64,000 nucleotides of DNA, taken from contig JAJEEG010000003.1 of assembly GCA_022821085.1 (NCBI GenBank), forward strand, positions 17,563 through 81,562, in the 5' to 3' direction. The stretch comes from Candidatus Latescibacterota bacterium (lineage in GTDB: Bacteria > JAAXHH01). The notes beneath the pieces were generated by a model. It saw only the letters and a list, made by a program, of their open reading frames with translations. It did not search any database and was not told the origin of the DNA. Position numbers and translations under genes: made by a program. Below are positions 1 through 11,754 of this stretch, in pieces; within the stretch, counting starts at the first letter, position 1; the number at the start of each line of letters is the position of its first letter.

Positions 1-185
1 GGATCATACCCGCGCTCGAAAGTGCCCACGCCATCGCCCATATCGCCCGGATTGCCCCGGAAATGGATCGGGAGGAGGTCATCGTCGCCGGGCTGTCGGG
101 CCGCGGGGACAAGGACGTCGAGCAGGTGGACGGGTTACTGGCCGGAAACGATGAGCGCGGCGAAGGCGGAGGAGGCGCTGAATGA
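1..185 (+). CDS. trpB: Tryptophan synthase beta chain, C-terminal part (truncated by window edge)
   Basis: Frame from nt 3 reads [12 protein letters not shown]...LSGRGDKDV (TrpB signature); its TGA overlaps the trpA ATG (ATGA). Confidence 0.95.
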   Translation, partial: IIPALESAHAIAHIARIAPEMDREEVIVAGLSGRGDKDVEQVDGLLAGNDERGEGGGGAE

Positions 186-988
186 ACCGGATCGAAGAGA
201 CTTTCGCGTCGCTGAAGTCCGCGGGCCGCAAGGCGCTGATTCCCTACGTCATGGCGGGGGACCCGGACCTGGAAACGACGGCCGCGCTGGTCATTGAACT
301 GGATCGCCGTGGGGCCGACCTGGTGGAACTGGGCGTGCCCTTTTCCGACCCCATCGCCGACGGCCCCACGATCCAGCGCGCCGCGCTGCGGGCCCTGAAT
401 CAGGGAACGACCCTGCGGGCCATCGTCGACACGGTAGCCTCGATCAGAAAGCAGTCCACCATACCCATCGTCTTGATGACCTACTACAACCCGGTGCTCG
501 CCTACGGGATCGGGGACCTCTGCCGGGACGCCGCCCGCGCGGGCGTGGACGGCCTGATCGTGCCCGACCTGCCGCCGGAAGAAGGGACCGAACTGTCCGA
601 CGCCTGCCGGAGGCATGGCCTCACCGTGGTCTTCCTGGTGGCGCCCACGAGCACAGCGGCGCGGATCGAACTGGTGAGCCGGCATACCACGGGATTCGTC
701 TACTGCGTCTCCCTGACCGGCGTAACCGGTGCGCGGGGAAAACTGGCGGACGGGGTGGACGCATTCATGGCGCAGGTGCGGTCCCACACGGACCGGCCCC
801 TCGGACTGGGCTTCGGCATCTCGTCGCCGGAACAGGCCGGTGAGGCCGCGTGCCTGGCCGACGGGGTCATCGTGGGTAGCGCCATCATCAACGTGATGGA
901 GGCGCACGCCGGCGAGTCGGACATGCTCCGGTCCGTGGGCGAATACGCCGCGTCGCTGCGCCGCGGCATCGACAAGGGCCGACGGTGA
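182..988 (+). CDS. trpA: Tryptophan synthase alpha chain
   Basis: [34 protein letters not shown] motifs. Confidence 0.97.
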   Translation: MNRIEETFASLKSAGRKALIPYVMAGDPDLETTAALVIELDRRGADLVELGVPFSDPIADGPTIQRAALRALNQGTTLRAIVDTVASIRKQSTIPIVLMTYYNPVLAYGIGDLCRDAARAGVDGLIVPDLPPEEGTELSDACRRHGLTVVFLVAPTSTAARIELVSRHTTGFVYCVSLTGVTGARGKLADGVDAFMAQVRSHTDRPLGLGFGISSPEQAGEAACLADGVIVGSAIINVMEAHAGESDMLRSVGEYAASLRRGIDKGRR

Positions 989-1187
989 AGGCTTCGTCCG
1001 GCGAAGGACCGGCACTGGCATTATCAGGTGGTCTGACGGGATCTTGACATGGCATCTTTTTCAGGCATCGGAGGAGCGGTCAGTGGGCGTCCAGGAGACC
1101 GGACCGGTCTTCGCGGCGCCCACCTGTTTTACCCCGTTCCCGGTCTTCGCCGGGAAAAAACGGGTACGCACCAACCTGGGAGGAGTT

Positions 1188-1553
1188 ATGGTCCGAGGGA
1201 TTCGCGGCGCTATAACCGTTGAATCGAATACAGCGGAAGCTATTCGAAGCGCTGTTCATCGGCTGCTTTCAACGATCGTGGACCGAAACGGCATCGAACT
1301 GGAACGGATCGCCAGCGTGGTTTTCTCCGTGACGAAGGACATCGACGCGGAGTCTCCGGCCTTTGGCGCGCGGCAGATGGGGTGGACCTCGATCCCCCTG
1401 TTCTGCACGCAGGAGATGGAGGTCCCGGAGGGACTCGCCCGGTGCGTACGGGTACTGATTCATCTAAACACGGATAAATCGCAGGATGAAATCCGGCATG
1501 TGTACCTGGACGGCGCCGTCGTGCTCCGGCCGGACATCGCCGAGGGAGGATGA
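1188..1553 (+). CDS. aroH: Chorismate mutase, AroH class
   Basis: VRGIRGAITV...HVYLDGAVVLRPD; GGAGG SD before ATG 1188. Confidence 0.93.
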   Translation: MVRGIRGAITVESNTAEAIRSAVHRLLSTIVDRNGIELERIASVVFSVTKDIDAESPAFGARQMGWTSIPLFCTQEMEVPEGLARCVRVLIHLNTDKSQDEIRHVYLDGAVVLRPDIAEGG

Positions 1554-1554
1554 A

Positions 1555-2571
1555 ATGGTGGTTGTTATGAAACTCGGGGCTTCAAAGGAACAGAAGGAGC
1601 ACGTCCGGGAGACGATCCGGGCTTTCGGCTGCAAGCCACGGGATATCCAGGGCGACGAGATGTCCATCATCTGCGTGATCGGCAATACGCTCAGCCTCGT
1701 TCCCGAACAGTTCGAGATCCTGGAGGGGGTGGACCGCGTTCAGCGCATCCAGCGGCCCTACAAGCTGGTAAGCCGGGAGGTGCAGCCGCACAAGACCCGT
1801 TTCCAGGTAGGCGACGTGACGATCGGCGGCGACGGCATCGCCATCATCGCCGGTCCCTGCTCTGTCGAATCCTATGACCAGTTCCTGGAGGCGGCCCACC
1901 ACGCACGGGCCGCGGGGGCCCACATTATACGCGGCGGGGCGTTCAAGCCCAGGACCTCGCCCTACAGCTTCCAGGGGCTCGGTGAGGAGGGCCTGAAGAT
2001 CATGGCCCGGGTCAGCGAGGAAACGGGCCTGCCGACCATCTCGGAGGTGATGGAGCCCGAGATGGAGCCCATGGTCTCCGAGTACGTGGACATGCTGCAG
2101 ATCGGCGCGCGGAACATGCAGAACTATCCGCTGCTGAACGTAGCGGGGCGCAGCAACAAGCCCGTCATGCTCAAGCGGGGCATGTCCGCCACGCTCGAGG
2201 AGATGCTGCTGGCGGCCGAGTACATCCTGGCGGCGGGGAACCACCATGTCGTCCTGTGCGAAAGGGGTATCCGGACCTTCGAGACCTGGACCCGGAACAC
2301 ACTCGACATCTCCGCCGTGCCCGTGCTGCAGAAATACACCCATCTGCCCGTGTTCATCGACCCGAGCCACGGGACCGGCAACGCCGATTTCGTGGGACCG
2401 GCCGCCCGGGCGGCCGTGGCGGTGGGCGCCGACGGACTCATGATCGAGATGCATCCGACGCCGGAGCGCGCGCTGTCCGACGGGGACCAGTCCCTGACTC
2501 CGGAAGCGCTGACCTCCCTGATCCCGGAACTGAAGGCGGTCGCGACGGCCGTCAACCGTACCATCGGCTGA
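1555..2571 (+). CDS. aroF: DAHP synthase, type I-beta with N-terminal regulatory domain
   Basis: IAGPCSVES, GGAFKPRTSPYSFQG, QIGARNMQN, LCERGIRTFE, DPSHG. Confidence 0.96.
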   Translation: MVVVMKLGASKEQKEHVRETIRAFGCKPRDIQGDEMSIICVIGNTLSLVPEQFEILEGVDRVQRIQRPYKLVSREVQPHKTRFQVGDVTIGGDGIAIIAGPCSVESYDQFLEAAHHARAAGAHIIRGGAFKPRTSPYSFQGLGEEGLKIMARVSEETGLPTISEVMEPEMEPMVSEYVDMLQIGARNMQNYPLLNVAGRSNKPVMLKRGMSATLEEMLLAAEYILAAGNHHVVLCERGIRTFETWTRNTLDISAVPVLQKYTHLPVFIDPSHGTGNADFVGPAARAAVAVGADGLMIEMHPTPERALSDGDQSLTPEALTSLIPELKAVATAVNRTIG

Positions 2572-2579
2572 GCTGGCCT

Positions 2580-3443
2580 ATGCGCATCACCATTATCGGG
2601 GTGGGCCTGCTGGGCGGGTCCTTCGGCATGGCGGTCCGGAAGGCGGGCGCGGCGGAACGCGTAGCGGGCGTCGACCTGGACCGGGCCGTACTGGACCGGG
2701 CCCTGGACCGCGGCGCCATCGACGCGGGGTACCTGGATATGGCCGAAGGGGTGGAAGGGGCCGACCTGGTCGTCCTCGCCACACCCGTGCGGTCCATCCT
2801 GGAAATGCTGCCCGGCCTTGCACCGATGCTAGGTGAGGAGACCATCCTCCTGGACCTGGGCAGCACGAAAGAGGCCATCGTTTCCGCCGTCGCCGGCCAG
2901 GCCGGCATCAGGCGGTACGTCGGCGGGCATCCCATGGCGGGAACCGAGCACACCGGCATCGATCACGCCGATGACGGGCTGTTTCAGGACGCGACGTTCG
3001 CCCTGGTACCGCCGACCGCGGCAGATGAAGGCGCGCTCGACCTGCTCATGGACCTGGTCCGCCGGATCGGGGCGCGTCCCGTCCTCATTCCCGCCGACCG
3101 CCACGACCGGATCGTCTCCGTCACCAGCCACCTGCCCTACCTGCTGTCCGTGGTGCTGGCGCTTGCCGCGGAGAAGACGGCGCGCGAGGATAAACGCCTG
3201 GGCGAGTTCGCCGCGTCGGGATTCCGGGACACGACCCGCCTGGCCGCGTCCACCGTGCGGGTGATGGCCGACATCTGCCTGACCAACGGTCAGCCCCTGT
3301 TGCGTGGCATCGAGGACGCCAGGCGGTTGCTCGACGACCTGGCGGCGCTGATCGAGGAAGGGCGCGAATCGGAACTGGTGAAGACGCTGACGAAGGCGAA
3401 GGAAAGCAGGGCCGCGTTGCTGGGTGAAAGGAGGACCGATTGA
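2580..3443 (+). CDS. tyrA: Prephenate dehydrogenase
   Basis: GVGLLGGS Rossmann motif, DLGSTK, GGHPMAGTE, SHLP, GFRDTTR. Confidence 0.94.
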   Translation: MRITIIGVGLLGGSFGMAVRKAGAAERVAGVDLDRAVLDRALDRGAIDAGYLDMAEGVEGADLVVLATPVRSILEMLPGLAPMLGEETILLDLGSTKEAIVSAVAGQAGIRRYVGGHPMAGTEHTGIDHADDGLFQDATFALVPPTAADEGALDLLMDLVRRIGARPVLIPADRHDRIVSVTSHLPYLLSVVLALAAEKTAREDKRLGEFAASGFRDTTRLAASTVRVMADICLTNGQPLLRGIEDARRLLDDLAALIEEGRESELVKTLTKAKESRAALLGERRTD

Positions 3444-4282
3444 AGAAGTACAGGACCGGCTTCCAGGGCGAGCTGGGAGCCTTCAGCGAGATGGCCGTGC
3501 TCGCCTATTTCGGAGACGGGGCCGAACCGGTTCCCCACGGATGGTTCGACGACGTGTTCCGCGCCGTGGACGAGGGCAGCTGCGACTACGGAATGCTGCC
3601 CATCGAGAACACCCTGGCGGGCAGCATCCACGTCAACTACGACCTGATGCAGGAGCACGACCTGCAGATCGTGGGCGAGATCGTGCTCCGCATCGTCCAC
3701 AACCTGATGGCGAAACCGGGCGTCCGGCCGGAGGAACTCCGCCGGGTCCAGTCCCATCCCAAGGCGCTCGAACAGTGCGTCCGGTTCTTCCGGGAGCACC
3801 CATCGATGCAAGCCGAAACCGTGTACGATACCGGCGGCGCGGCCAAGATGCTCGGTGAAGGGGAAGAGCGGGACGTGGGCGTGATCGCGAGCACGCGGGC
3901 CGCGGATCGGTACGGGCTCGAGATCCTGGAGCGCGGGATCGAAGACAACCCTCAGAACTATACGCGGTTCCTGGTCCTGGGCAGGGAGTCCGAACCACCG
4001 GAGGGTGAACGCCTGAAGACCTCCATCGTGTTCTCGGTCCCCCACGAACCCGGCATGCTGTTCAAGGCCATGAGCGTCTTCGCGCTGCGGGACATCTCCA
4101 TCAACAAGATCGAATCGCGTCCCCTGGTCGGCTCCCCCTGGGAGTACCTGTTCTACCTGGATTTCGAGGGGCACGCCGAGAGCCTGCTCTGCAGCCGTGC
4201 GCTCAACCACCTCCGGGAGATCGCGGCCGACTTCAAGCTGCTGGGTTCCTACGCCGAAGGCCGTATCGTGGACCGGGTCTGA
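3440..4282 (+). CDS. pheA: Prephenate dehydratase with ACT domain
   Basis: FQGELGAFSE, PIENTLAGS, NYTRF, KIESRP. Confidence 0.95.
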   Translation: MKKYRTGFQGELGAFSEMAVLAYFGDGAEPVPHGWFDDVFRAVDEGSCDYGMLPIENTLAGSIHVNYDLMQEHDLQIVGEIVLRIVHNLMAKPGVRPEELRRVQSHPKALEQCVRFFREHPSMQAETVYDTGGAAKMLGEGEERDVGVIASTRAADRYGLEILERGIEDNPQNYTRFLVLGRESEPPEGERLKTSIVFSVPHEPGMLFKAMSVFALRDISINKIESRPLVGSPWEYLFYLDFEGHAESLLCSRALNHLREIAADFKLLGSYAEGRIVDRV

Positions 4283-4292
4283 ACGGAACGCA

Positions 4293-4354
4293 TTAACCCC
4301 GGCCGGACGTCCCGGCGCGTCGTGTCAACCCCGGCCGGACGTCCCCGGCGCGTC
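4293..4354. repeat. Tandem duplication (~30 bp x2) of the rqcH 3' end including its stop codon
   Basis: ttaaccccggccggacgtcccggcgcgtc / tcaaccccggccggacgtccccggcgcgtc. Confidence 0.9.
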
Positions 4355-6124
4355 GGCTTGCCGGAGTGCCAGCCCGGGTTCGACGAAGAGCGTTTTTTCG
4401 CGGGTGAAAACGACCTGTCCGGGACTGCCGTTTCTCATCTTCCGGACGTAACGGCGTTCCGTGTAGTCTACCGGCACCGTGGTGGATCCCCGGCCTTTGC
4501 TGTACCAGGCCGCCAGGCAGGCCGCTTCGTACAGGGTCTTCCTGCTCGGCATCTGGGTCTTGTCCTCCCGCCGCAGGATCACGTGGGAACCGCCCAGGTT
4601 CCGTGCGTGCAGCCAGATGTCGTCCGGCGCCGCCGATTTCGTCAGCGCTTCGTTCTCCCGGCTGTTGCGGCCCACGAGCAGCAGGTGTCCGCTGGAGGTC
4701 AGGTACCTCCTTGGGTGGATGTCCTGTGCGGCCTTTTTGCGCGGCCGTTTCGAAGCCCCGGTTTTCGAAGCCCCGGTTTCGCGGGGTGCCTTGACCAGGC
4801 CCAGCCTGATGCAGGACCGGTGGGCTTCCTCCAGCCTTTCTTCGTCGGCGCCGCATCCCAGCTTAGCCTGGATCCCCGTGACTTCTTCCAGGCGTTTCCG
4901 GGCACGGGCGATGCGTCGGGCCACTTCATTCCGGCCGTCCCGGGCCTTGCGGGCCTGCCGGAAGTACCACCGGGCGTTCTCCGCCGGCGACAGATTGGGC
5001 TTCATGGGTATGACGACTTCCTCCCGGCCACTGCTGAAGTAGTCTTCGACCACGGCTTCCGCCGACCCCGCTTTCAGCCGGGCCAGGTGAGAGGTGATCA
5101 GTTCGCCGTACCGGCGGTATTCTTCTTCCTGCTCCACGTGAACCAGATCCTTTCCCAGGTTCTCCGTCAGGCGTTCCAGGCGCCGGATCTCATCGCGCAA
5201 GGCCCGCTGCACCTTCTGCAGCCGCTGCATGAACGCTTCTTCAGCCATTCGTTCTTCATAGAAACGTTCCGCGGCGACGCTGACGGATTCGTGGTGTTCT
5301 ACCTGCGCAGCGGGCAGGGAATAGATCGGGACCGCGGAAAGGACGCGGGCCCGGCCGTCCCCCGATCTTCCGATGCAGGGTGTCCAGTCCCGGGCCCTGA
5401 CGATCTGTACAAGCTCTTCCAGGCTCTGCCAGGTCCGGACGACGCGGTCCTCCGCATCCGTGTCCGCGAAACGCTCCGCGTCCGACAGGTCCGCCCGGGC
5501 CAGGATCTCCACGGCCATATCTTTGGACAGGCCCGCGAACGTGGCGGTCAAATGACGCGCCAGTTCCCCGGGGGTCTCCAGCGTTTCCAGGCGATCCGCC
5601 TCGGCCAGCAGTTCGCGCGTGGCTTCGCCGAGCGGCGTTTTATTCATCGGCGGAGGGAACGCGTAGGGCTCGCCGGGGGCCAGCGTCCTCTCCGTGCCCC
5701 GGATGCGCCTGAGGGTCTCCAGGATGACCTGGTCCGGCTCGGAAATGAAGACCATGACGCCCCGGTTGCCGATGAGTTCGGCGATCAGGCGATACCGGCC
5801 GGAACCCGGCGAAGACCGGCCCTGGCAATGGAGTTGCGCCACCCGTTCGAAGGGCGCCGCGTCGACCTTCTCCAGCACGCCGGGAACGAGATGGTCCCGC
5901 AGCGCGGCGAGCATCGCGGATGACACAGAGCCCTTCCTCGCGGCATCCGACAGGTGGACCCGGGAGAAACCCGGCTGCACGGAAAGCGACAGCACGCGCC
6001 GGCCCGTGCTCGTCTTCAGCACGAGGCCGATTTCCATGGGTGCGTACTGTTCGACCGCCACAATACGCTTCCCCTCCAACTCCCCGCATTCGTCTTTCAC
6101 GGCCTGCAACACCAGGGCATCCAT
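4325..6124 (-). CDS. rqcH: Ribosome quality-control protein Rqc2/RqcH (NFACT/FbpA family)
   Basis: N-terminal MDALVL, LIAELIG, coiled coil, SPAENARWYF, NFACT-R VGRNSRENEAL..WLHARNLGGSHV; start inferred at ATG 6124. Confidence 0.9.
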   Translation of the reverse strand: MDALVLQAVKDECGELEGKRIVAVEQYAPMEIGLVLKTSTGRRVLSLSVQPGFSRVHLSDAARKGSVSSAMLAALRDHLVPGVLEKVDAAPFERVAQLHCQGRSSPGSGRYRLIAELIGNRGVMVFISEPDQVILETLRRIRGTERTLAPGEPYAFPPPMNKTPLGEATRELLAEADRLETLETPGELARHLTATFAGLSKDMAVEILARADLSDAERFADTDAEDRVVRTWQSLEELVQIVRARDWTPCIGRSGDGRARVLSAVPIYSLPAAQVEHHESVSVAAERFYEERMAEEAFMQRLQKVQRALRDEIRRLERLTENLGKDLVHVEQEEEYRRYGELITSHLARLKAGSAEAVVEDYFSSGREEVVIPMKPNLSPAENARWYFRQARKARDGRNEVARRIARARKRLEEVTGIQAKLGCGADEERLEEAHRSCIRLGLVKAPRETGASKTGASKRPRKKAAQDIHPRRYLTSSGHLLLVGRNSRENEALTKSAAPDDIWLHARNLGGSHVILRREDKTQMPSRKTLYEAACLAAWYSKGRGSTTVPVDYTERRYVRKMRNGSPGQVVFTREKTLFVEPGLALRQADAPGTSGRG

Positions 6125-6262
6125 GTCTGCTCTATCCTGATTCCGGTTTCTGTGCGATCTGGATACGACGACGTTCCGCGTCGTCTCGGTACCGTCGCGG
6201 AACGACTTTTTCATAATATAACGGGACCTGCCGCGTCAAGGGTCATGAATCTTCTTTTCGGT

Positions 6263-6350
6263 GTGCCCGGGGCGTGCGGGGGGCGTGCCCGGGGCGTGCG
6301 GGGGGCGTGCCCTGAGCGTGCCCTGAGCGTGCTGTGGGCGTGCCGGAAAC
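6263..6350. repeat. 11-bp tandem repeat (GTGC-N5-GC-like) x8 between divergent rqcH and yicC
   Basis: gtgcccggggc/gtgcggggggc/gtgcccggggc/gtgcggggggc/gtgccctgagc/gtgccctgagc/gtgctgtgggc/gtgccggaaac. Confidence 0.9.
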
Positions 6351-6386
6351 GGGAAGGAACACCGCCGGACGGCCGCCAATATGTTA

Positions 6387-6415
6387 TTGACAAATCGCCG
6401 TTTAGCGTGTATTTT
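6387..6415 (+). promoter_or_regulatory. Putative sigma70 promoter for the yicC operon
   Basis: TTGACA-17nt-TATTTT. Confidence 0.65.
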
Positions 6416-6461
6416 CATGTTTCTTGGAAACAGGCCGTAACCGGGGATTCAGGGGCTTTGA

Positions 6462-7340
6462 ATGATATGCAGCATGACTGGATACGGCGCCGGGGAATCC
6501 GACCTCGCCGGCGTCCGCACCGTCGTCGAACTGCGTTCGGTTAACGGCCGGTTCTGCGACATCGCGGTACGGCTGCCGAAGTCGCTGGGTTCGCTGGAGG
6601 GCCGCGTGCGCGCGTACGTGCAGGACCAGGTGACGCGGGGCAACGTTTCGGTGTCCGTCCGGTGCGACGACGGCGATGCCGGCGCCCACGGTATACGGAT
6701 CGACGCGGAGGCGGGAAGGAAGTACTGCGACGCGCTGAGGCAGCTCAAGGACGAGCTCGGCGTATCGGGCGAGGTCTCCCTCGAAATGGTCGCCGCCTAC
6801 CCGGGCCTGGTGACGCCGGAGGCCGACGAAGTCGACCCGGCCGAGCGCTGGAAGGGTATCGAGGCCGCCCTCGAGCGTGCGCTCGTCGCCTTCAAGGACA
6901 TGAAGCGAAACGAGGGGAAGGCGCTCGAAACCGACCTGCGCGGCAGGATCCAGGCCATTCAGGCTTTGCTGCGGTCGGTCGAGGACCGGGCGCCGGAACG
7001 GGTGGCCGAGTTCCGGGAACGCCTGCGCCACCGGATCGACGGCCTGCTCGAAGACGGACCGGTCGACCCGCAGCGCGTGGCCATGGAGATCACCCTGTTT
7101 GCGGAGCGCAGCGACGTGACCGAGGAATGCGTCCGCATGAACGCCCATTGCGGCGCCTTCCTGGAAGCGCTGGGGGACGACGGGAGTCCGGGCAGGCGCC
7201 TTAACTTCCTCATCCAGGAAATGAACCGGGAGATCAATACCATAGGCTCCAAGGGCAACGATACGGAAATCAGCCATTCCGTCATCCAGGCCAAGGAAGA
7301 GCTGGAGAAGGTCCGTGAACAGGTGCAGAACATTGAGTAA
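6462..7340 (+). CDS. yicC: YicC/YloC family endoribonuclease
   Basis: SMTGYG, ELRSVNGRF, GRRLNFLIQEMNREINTIGSK, REQVQNIE. Confidence 0.95.
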   Translation: MICSMTGYGAGESDLAGVRTVVELRSVNGRFCDIAVRLPKSLGSLEGRVRAYVQDQVTRGNVSVSVRCDDGDAGAHGIRIDAEAGRKYCDALRQLKDELGVSGEVSLEMVAAYPGLVTPEADEVDPAERWKGIEAALERALVAFKDMKRNEGKALETDLRGRIQAIQALLRSVEDRAPERVAEFRERLRHRIDGLLEDGPVDPQRVAMEITLFAERSDVTEECVRMNAHCGAFLEALGDDGSPGRRLNFLIQEMNREINTIGSKGNDTEISHSVIQAKEELEKVREQVQNIE

Positions 7341-7368
7341 TTCCGTCGCGCCCGGCCGCACGGAGTCA

Positions 7369-7956
7369 ATGGGGTTCTGCCTGGTCCTCTCCGCGCCGTC
7401 GGGTACGGGTAAGACCACGATCGGCGAATTGCTTACGACCGGAGACCCGACCATTGTCCGGTCCGTATCCATGACGACCCGGAAGATGCGGTCGAACGAG
7501 CGGGACGGGATCGATTACCAGTTTGTCAGCGCGGAGGAATTCAAGGAGAAGATTCGCCAGGGCGCCTTTCTCGAATGGGCGGAGGTTTACGACGGCGTGC
7601 TGTACGGCACCCCCAGGGACGCCGTCGAGCAAATCATCCGGTCCGGGGGCGTGGCCCTGCTGGTCATCGACGTCCAGGGCGGAGGGGCCGTCAAGGCCAT
7701 ATTTCCGGAAGCCGTTCTGGTCTTCCTGATACCGCCTTCCCTGGACTGCCTGACGCGGCGGTTGAAACAGCGCGGCCTGGAAACGGACGAACAGATCCGC
7801 AAGCGGCTGGACAAGGCGCGCACCGAGATGAAATACCTGCCCGCGTATGACTACGGGGTCGACAATGAAGAAGGCGAGCAGCAGTCAACCGTTGACGCCA
7901 TTCGGGGGATCATAGCCGCCGAACGGCGTCGCATCAGCCGATGGGAGCAGCCATGA
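7369..7956 (+). CDS. gmk: Guanylate kinase
   Basis: SAPSGTGKTT, SMTTR..R..E.DG.DY, YGT, IDVQG; alternative TTG start at 7333. Confidence 0.95.
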   Translation: MGFCLVLSAPSGTGKTTIGELLTTGDPTIVRSVSMTTRKMRSNERDGIDYQFVSAEEFKEKIRQGAFLEWAEVYDGVLYGTPRDAVEQIIRSGGVALLVIDVQGGGAVKAIFPEAVLVFLIPPSLDCLTRRLKQRGLETDEQIRKRLDKARTEMKYLPAYDYGVDNEEGEQQSTVDAIRGIIAAERRRISRWEQP

Positions 7957-8195
7957 ACGCCACCAAATCGACACAGTACATTTCCCAGGAGCGCATGAGG
8001 GACGTCGCCGACAACATCTACGAGGCTGTCATGGTTACGGCCATGGAGGCGCGGCGAATCAACCTCCACAACAAGATGCTGGGCACGCAGGACGACCGCG
8101 CCGAGAAAGTGACGACCCAGGCGCTGGATCGGTTGCTCGGCGACGAGTTGAACTACGACTACCAGCCGGCCGCGGAAGACGAGGCCGTGGAGTAA
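7953..8195 (+). CDS. rpoZ: RNA polymerase omega subunit
   Basis: NIYEAVMVTAMEARRIN...KVTTQAL; gmk-rpoZ-coaBC synteny. Confidence 0.82.
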   Translation: MNATKSTQYISQERMRDVADNIYEAVMVTAMEARRINLHNKMLGTQDDRAEKVTTQALDRLLGDELNYDYQPAAEDEAVE

Positions 8196-8226
8196 GGCAG
8201 CGGTTTTCGATGTCCAGGAGCTTTCG

Positions 8227-9444
8227 ATGTCCAGGTTGAAAGGACGCCGGATCGTACTCGGCGTGACGGGGAGCATATCGGCCTACAAGGCGGCCGAAGT
8301 GGTCCGCGGACTCGTCCGGGAACAGGCGGACGTCCGGGTGGTGATGACCCGTGAAGCCGGCGCCTTCGTCGGCGCCGTAACGTTCAGCGCACTGACCGGG
8401 CATCCCGTGGCCGTCGAGCAGTTTCCCGACACCGGGATGGCCGGTGAAGAACACGTCGACCTCGCGGCATGGGCCGATACGGTGGCCATCGCGCCCGCCA
8501 CGGCCAATATCATCGGCAAGATGGCGAACGGGCTGGGGGACGACCTGCTCTCAACCGTAATGCTGGCCTGCGAAGCGCCCTGCTGCCTGGCGCCGGCCAT
8601 GAATTTCCGCATGTGGAGAAACGAGGCCGTCCAGTCGAATCTCGATCGCCTCAGGAGCCGGGGCGTTCACGTCATCGATCCGGAATTCGGCCTGCTGGCC
8701 AACGGCGAAGAGGGAGACGGGAGGCTGGCGGCGCCGGAGCAGATCGTGGAAGCGGTCGCCATCCTTGCCGATCCCGATCATGACCTGGCGGGATGCAATG
8801 TGCTGGTGAGCGCCGGCCCCACGGCGGAGGACATCGATCCCGTCCGGTGCGTTACGAACCGCTCCAGCGGAAAGATGGGCTACGCCCTCGCAAGGGCCGC
8901 GGCGCGGCGCGGCGCGTCGGTCACGCTCGTGGCGGGTCCAACGAGCCTCCAGGATCCATACGGGGTCGCCGTGGAACATGTCCGGACCGCCGGTGAGATG
9001 CGCGATGCCGTTCTGGCCAACCGCGAAGGCCAGCATGCCGTGATTATGGCGGCGGCCGTGGCGGACTACCGGCCGGGCACCCAGGCCCCCCGGAAGATGA
9101 AGAAGACGCAGGAAAGTCTTACGCTGGAAATGACGCGGACCGCCGATATCCTCGCGGAAGTGGCCGCCGACCGGCCGCCCGTGCTGATCGGTTTTGCCGC
9201 GGAGACCCATGACGGTCTGGACAACGCGCGCCGGAAGCTGGCGGACAAGGACCTGGACCTGGTGGTCTACAACGACGTCACCGCCGATGGCGCCGGGTTC
9301 GAGACGGATACGAACATCGTCACCCTGATACGCCGTGACGGCCGCGAGGAATCCCTGCCCCTGCAATCCAAGTCCGACGTGGCGGACCGCGTCATGGACG
9401 AAGTCGCCGCCCTTCTGAGAAACCGGGAAGTCGTTCCCGCATGA
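8227..9444 (+). CDS. coaBC: Bifunctional PPC decarboxylase / PPC synthetase
   Basis: GVTGSISAYK, APATAN, APAMN, AGPT.E.IDPVR, NRSSGKMG, GFAAET. Confidence 0.97.
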   Translation: MSRLKGRRIVLGVTGSISAYKAAEVVRGLVREQADVRVVMTREAGAFVGAVTFSALTGHPVAVEQFPDTGMAGEEHVDLAAWADTVAIAPATANIIGKMANGLGDDLLSTVMLACEAPCCLAPAMNFRMWRNEAVQSNLDRLRSRGVHVIDPEFGLLANGEEGDGRLAAPEQIVEAVAILADPDHDLAGCNVLVSAGPTAEDIDPVRCVTNRSSGKMGYALARAAARRGASVTLVAGPTSLQDPYGVAVEHVRTAGEMRDAVLANREGQHAVIMAAAVADYRPGTQAPRKMKKTQESLTLEMTRTADILAEVAADRPPVLIGFAAETHDGLDNARRKLADKDLDLVVYNDVTADGAGFETDTNIVTLIRRDGREESLPLQSKSDVADRVMDEVAALLRNREVVPA

Positions 9445-10339
9445 ACACGCAAGCGTCGCTGTCCGACCTGATACGACAGACCGTCGAGGCCGTGAGGCAG
9501 GAAGAAGAGCAGGGAATCGAATCGCTCTACCTGCCGGCTGGCCTGGACGGGGCGCTTCCGTTGCCGGAGCGGACGCGGTCAGCACGGTCCGGACGGCCCG
9601 CCCAACCTGCCGGAGCCGGCCGACCTGCCGGGTACGCCCAACCTGCCGGAGCCGGTCGACCTGCCGGGGCCAGGCGAGCGGATCAAGCGAACCAGCCGAA
9701 CCAGCCGGTCCAGTCGGTCCAGTCGGCCCAGTCGGCCCAGTCGGCCCAGGTAACGTCTCTCGAGGCCCTGTATGCGAAATACCATCGCTGCACGGCCTGC
9801 GCGCTGGGATTCACGCGAAAGCATTTTGTATTCGGTACCGGGAACGAGCACGCCGACGTGATGTTCGTGGGCGAAGCGCCTGGTGCCCAGGAAGACGAAC
9901 AGGGCCAGCCCTTCGTCGGGCAGGCGGGTAAACTGCTGACCCGCATCCTGAACGCCATCGATTTCACCCGGGACGAGGTGTACATCACCAACATCCTGAA
10001 ATGCCGGCCGCCGAACAACCGCGACCCGATGCCCGAGGAGGTCGATGCGTGCGACGCCATCCTGAAGGAGCAGATCCGCCTCGTCCGGCCACGGCTGATC
10101 TGCGCCCTCGGACGCGTCGCAGCCCAGGCCCTGCTCAAAGAGAACAGTTCGATTCGAGCGCTGCGGGGCAGGTTCCACGACTATCACGGCATCAAACTGC
10201 TGGTGACGTACCACCCCTCGGGCCTGCTGCGCAATGCGGCCTACAAGCGGCCGACCTGGGAGGACGTGCAGATGCTGCGGAAGGAATACGACCGCATCGT
10301 GCAGTCCGATGTGCAGGCGACCCCGGGAGCTGAGGTCTC

Positions 10340-10343
<4 letters not shown>
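9441..10343 (+). CDS. Uracil-DNA glycosylase family 4 with repetitive N-terminal linker
   Basis: CxxC, GEAPG, PFVG.AG, KCRPP.NRDP, TYHPS. Confidence 0.93.
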
Positions 10344-11701
<1,358 letters not shown>

Positions 11702-11754
11702 ACCACGTTGGCCCGGGCTGACCGTTCTTCCCGCGTTATGTTCTCTACCCGCTC

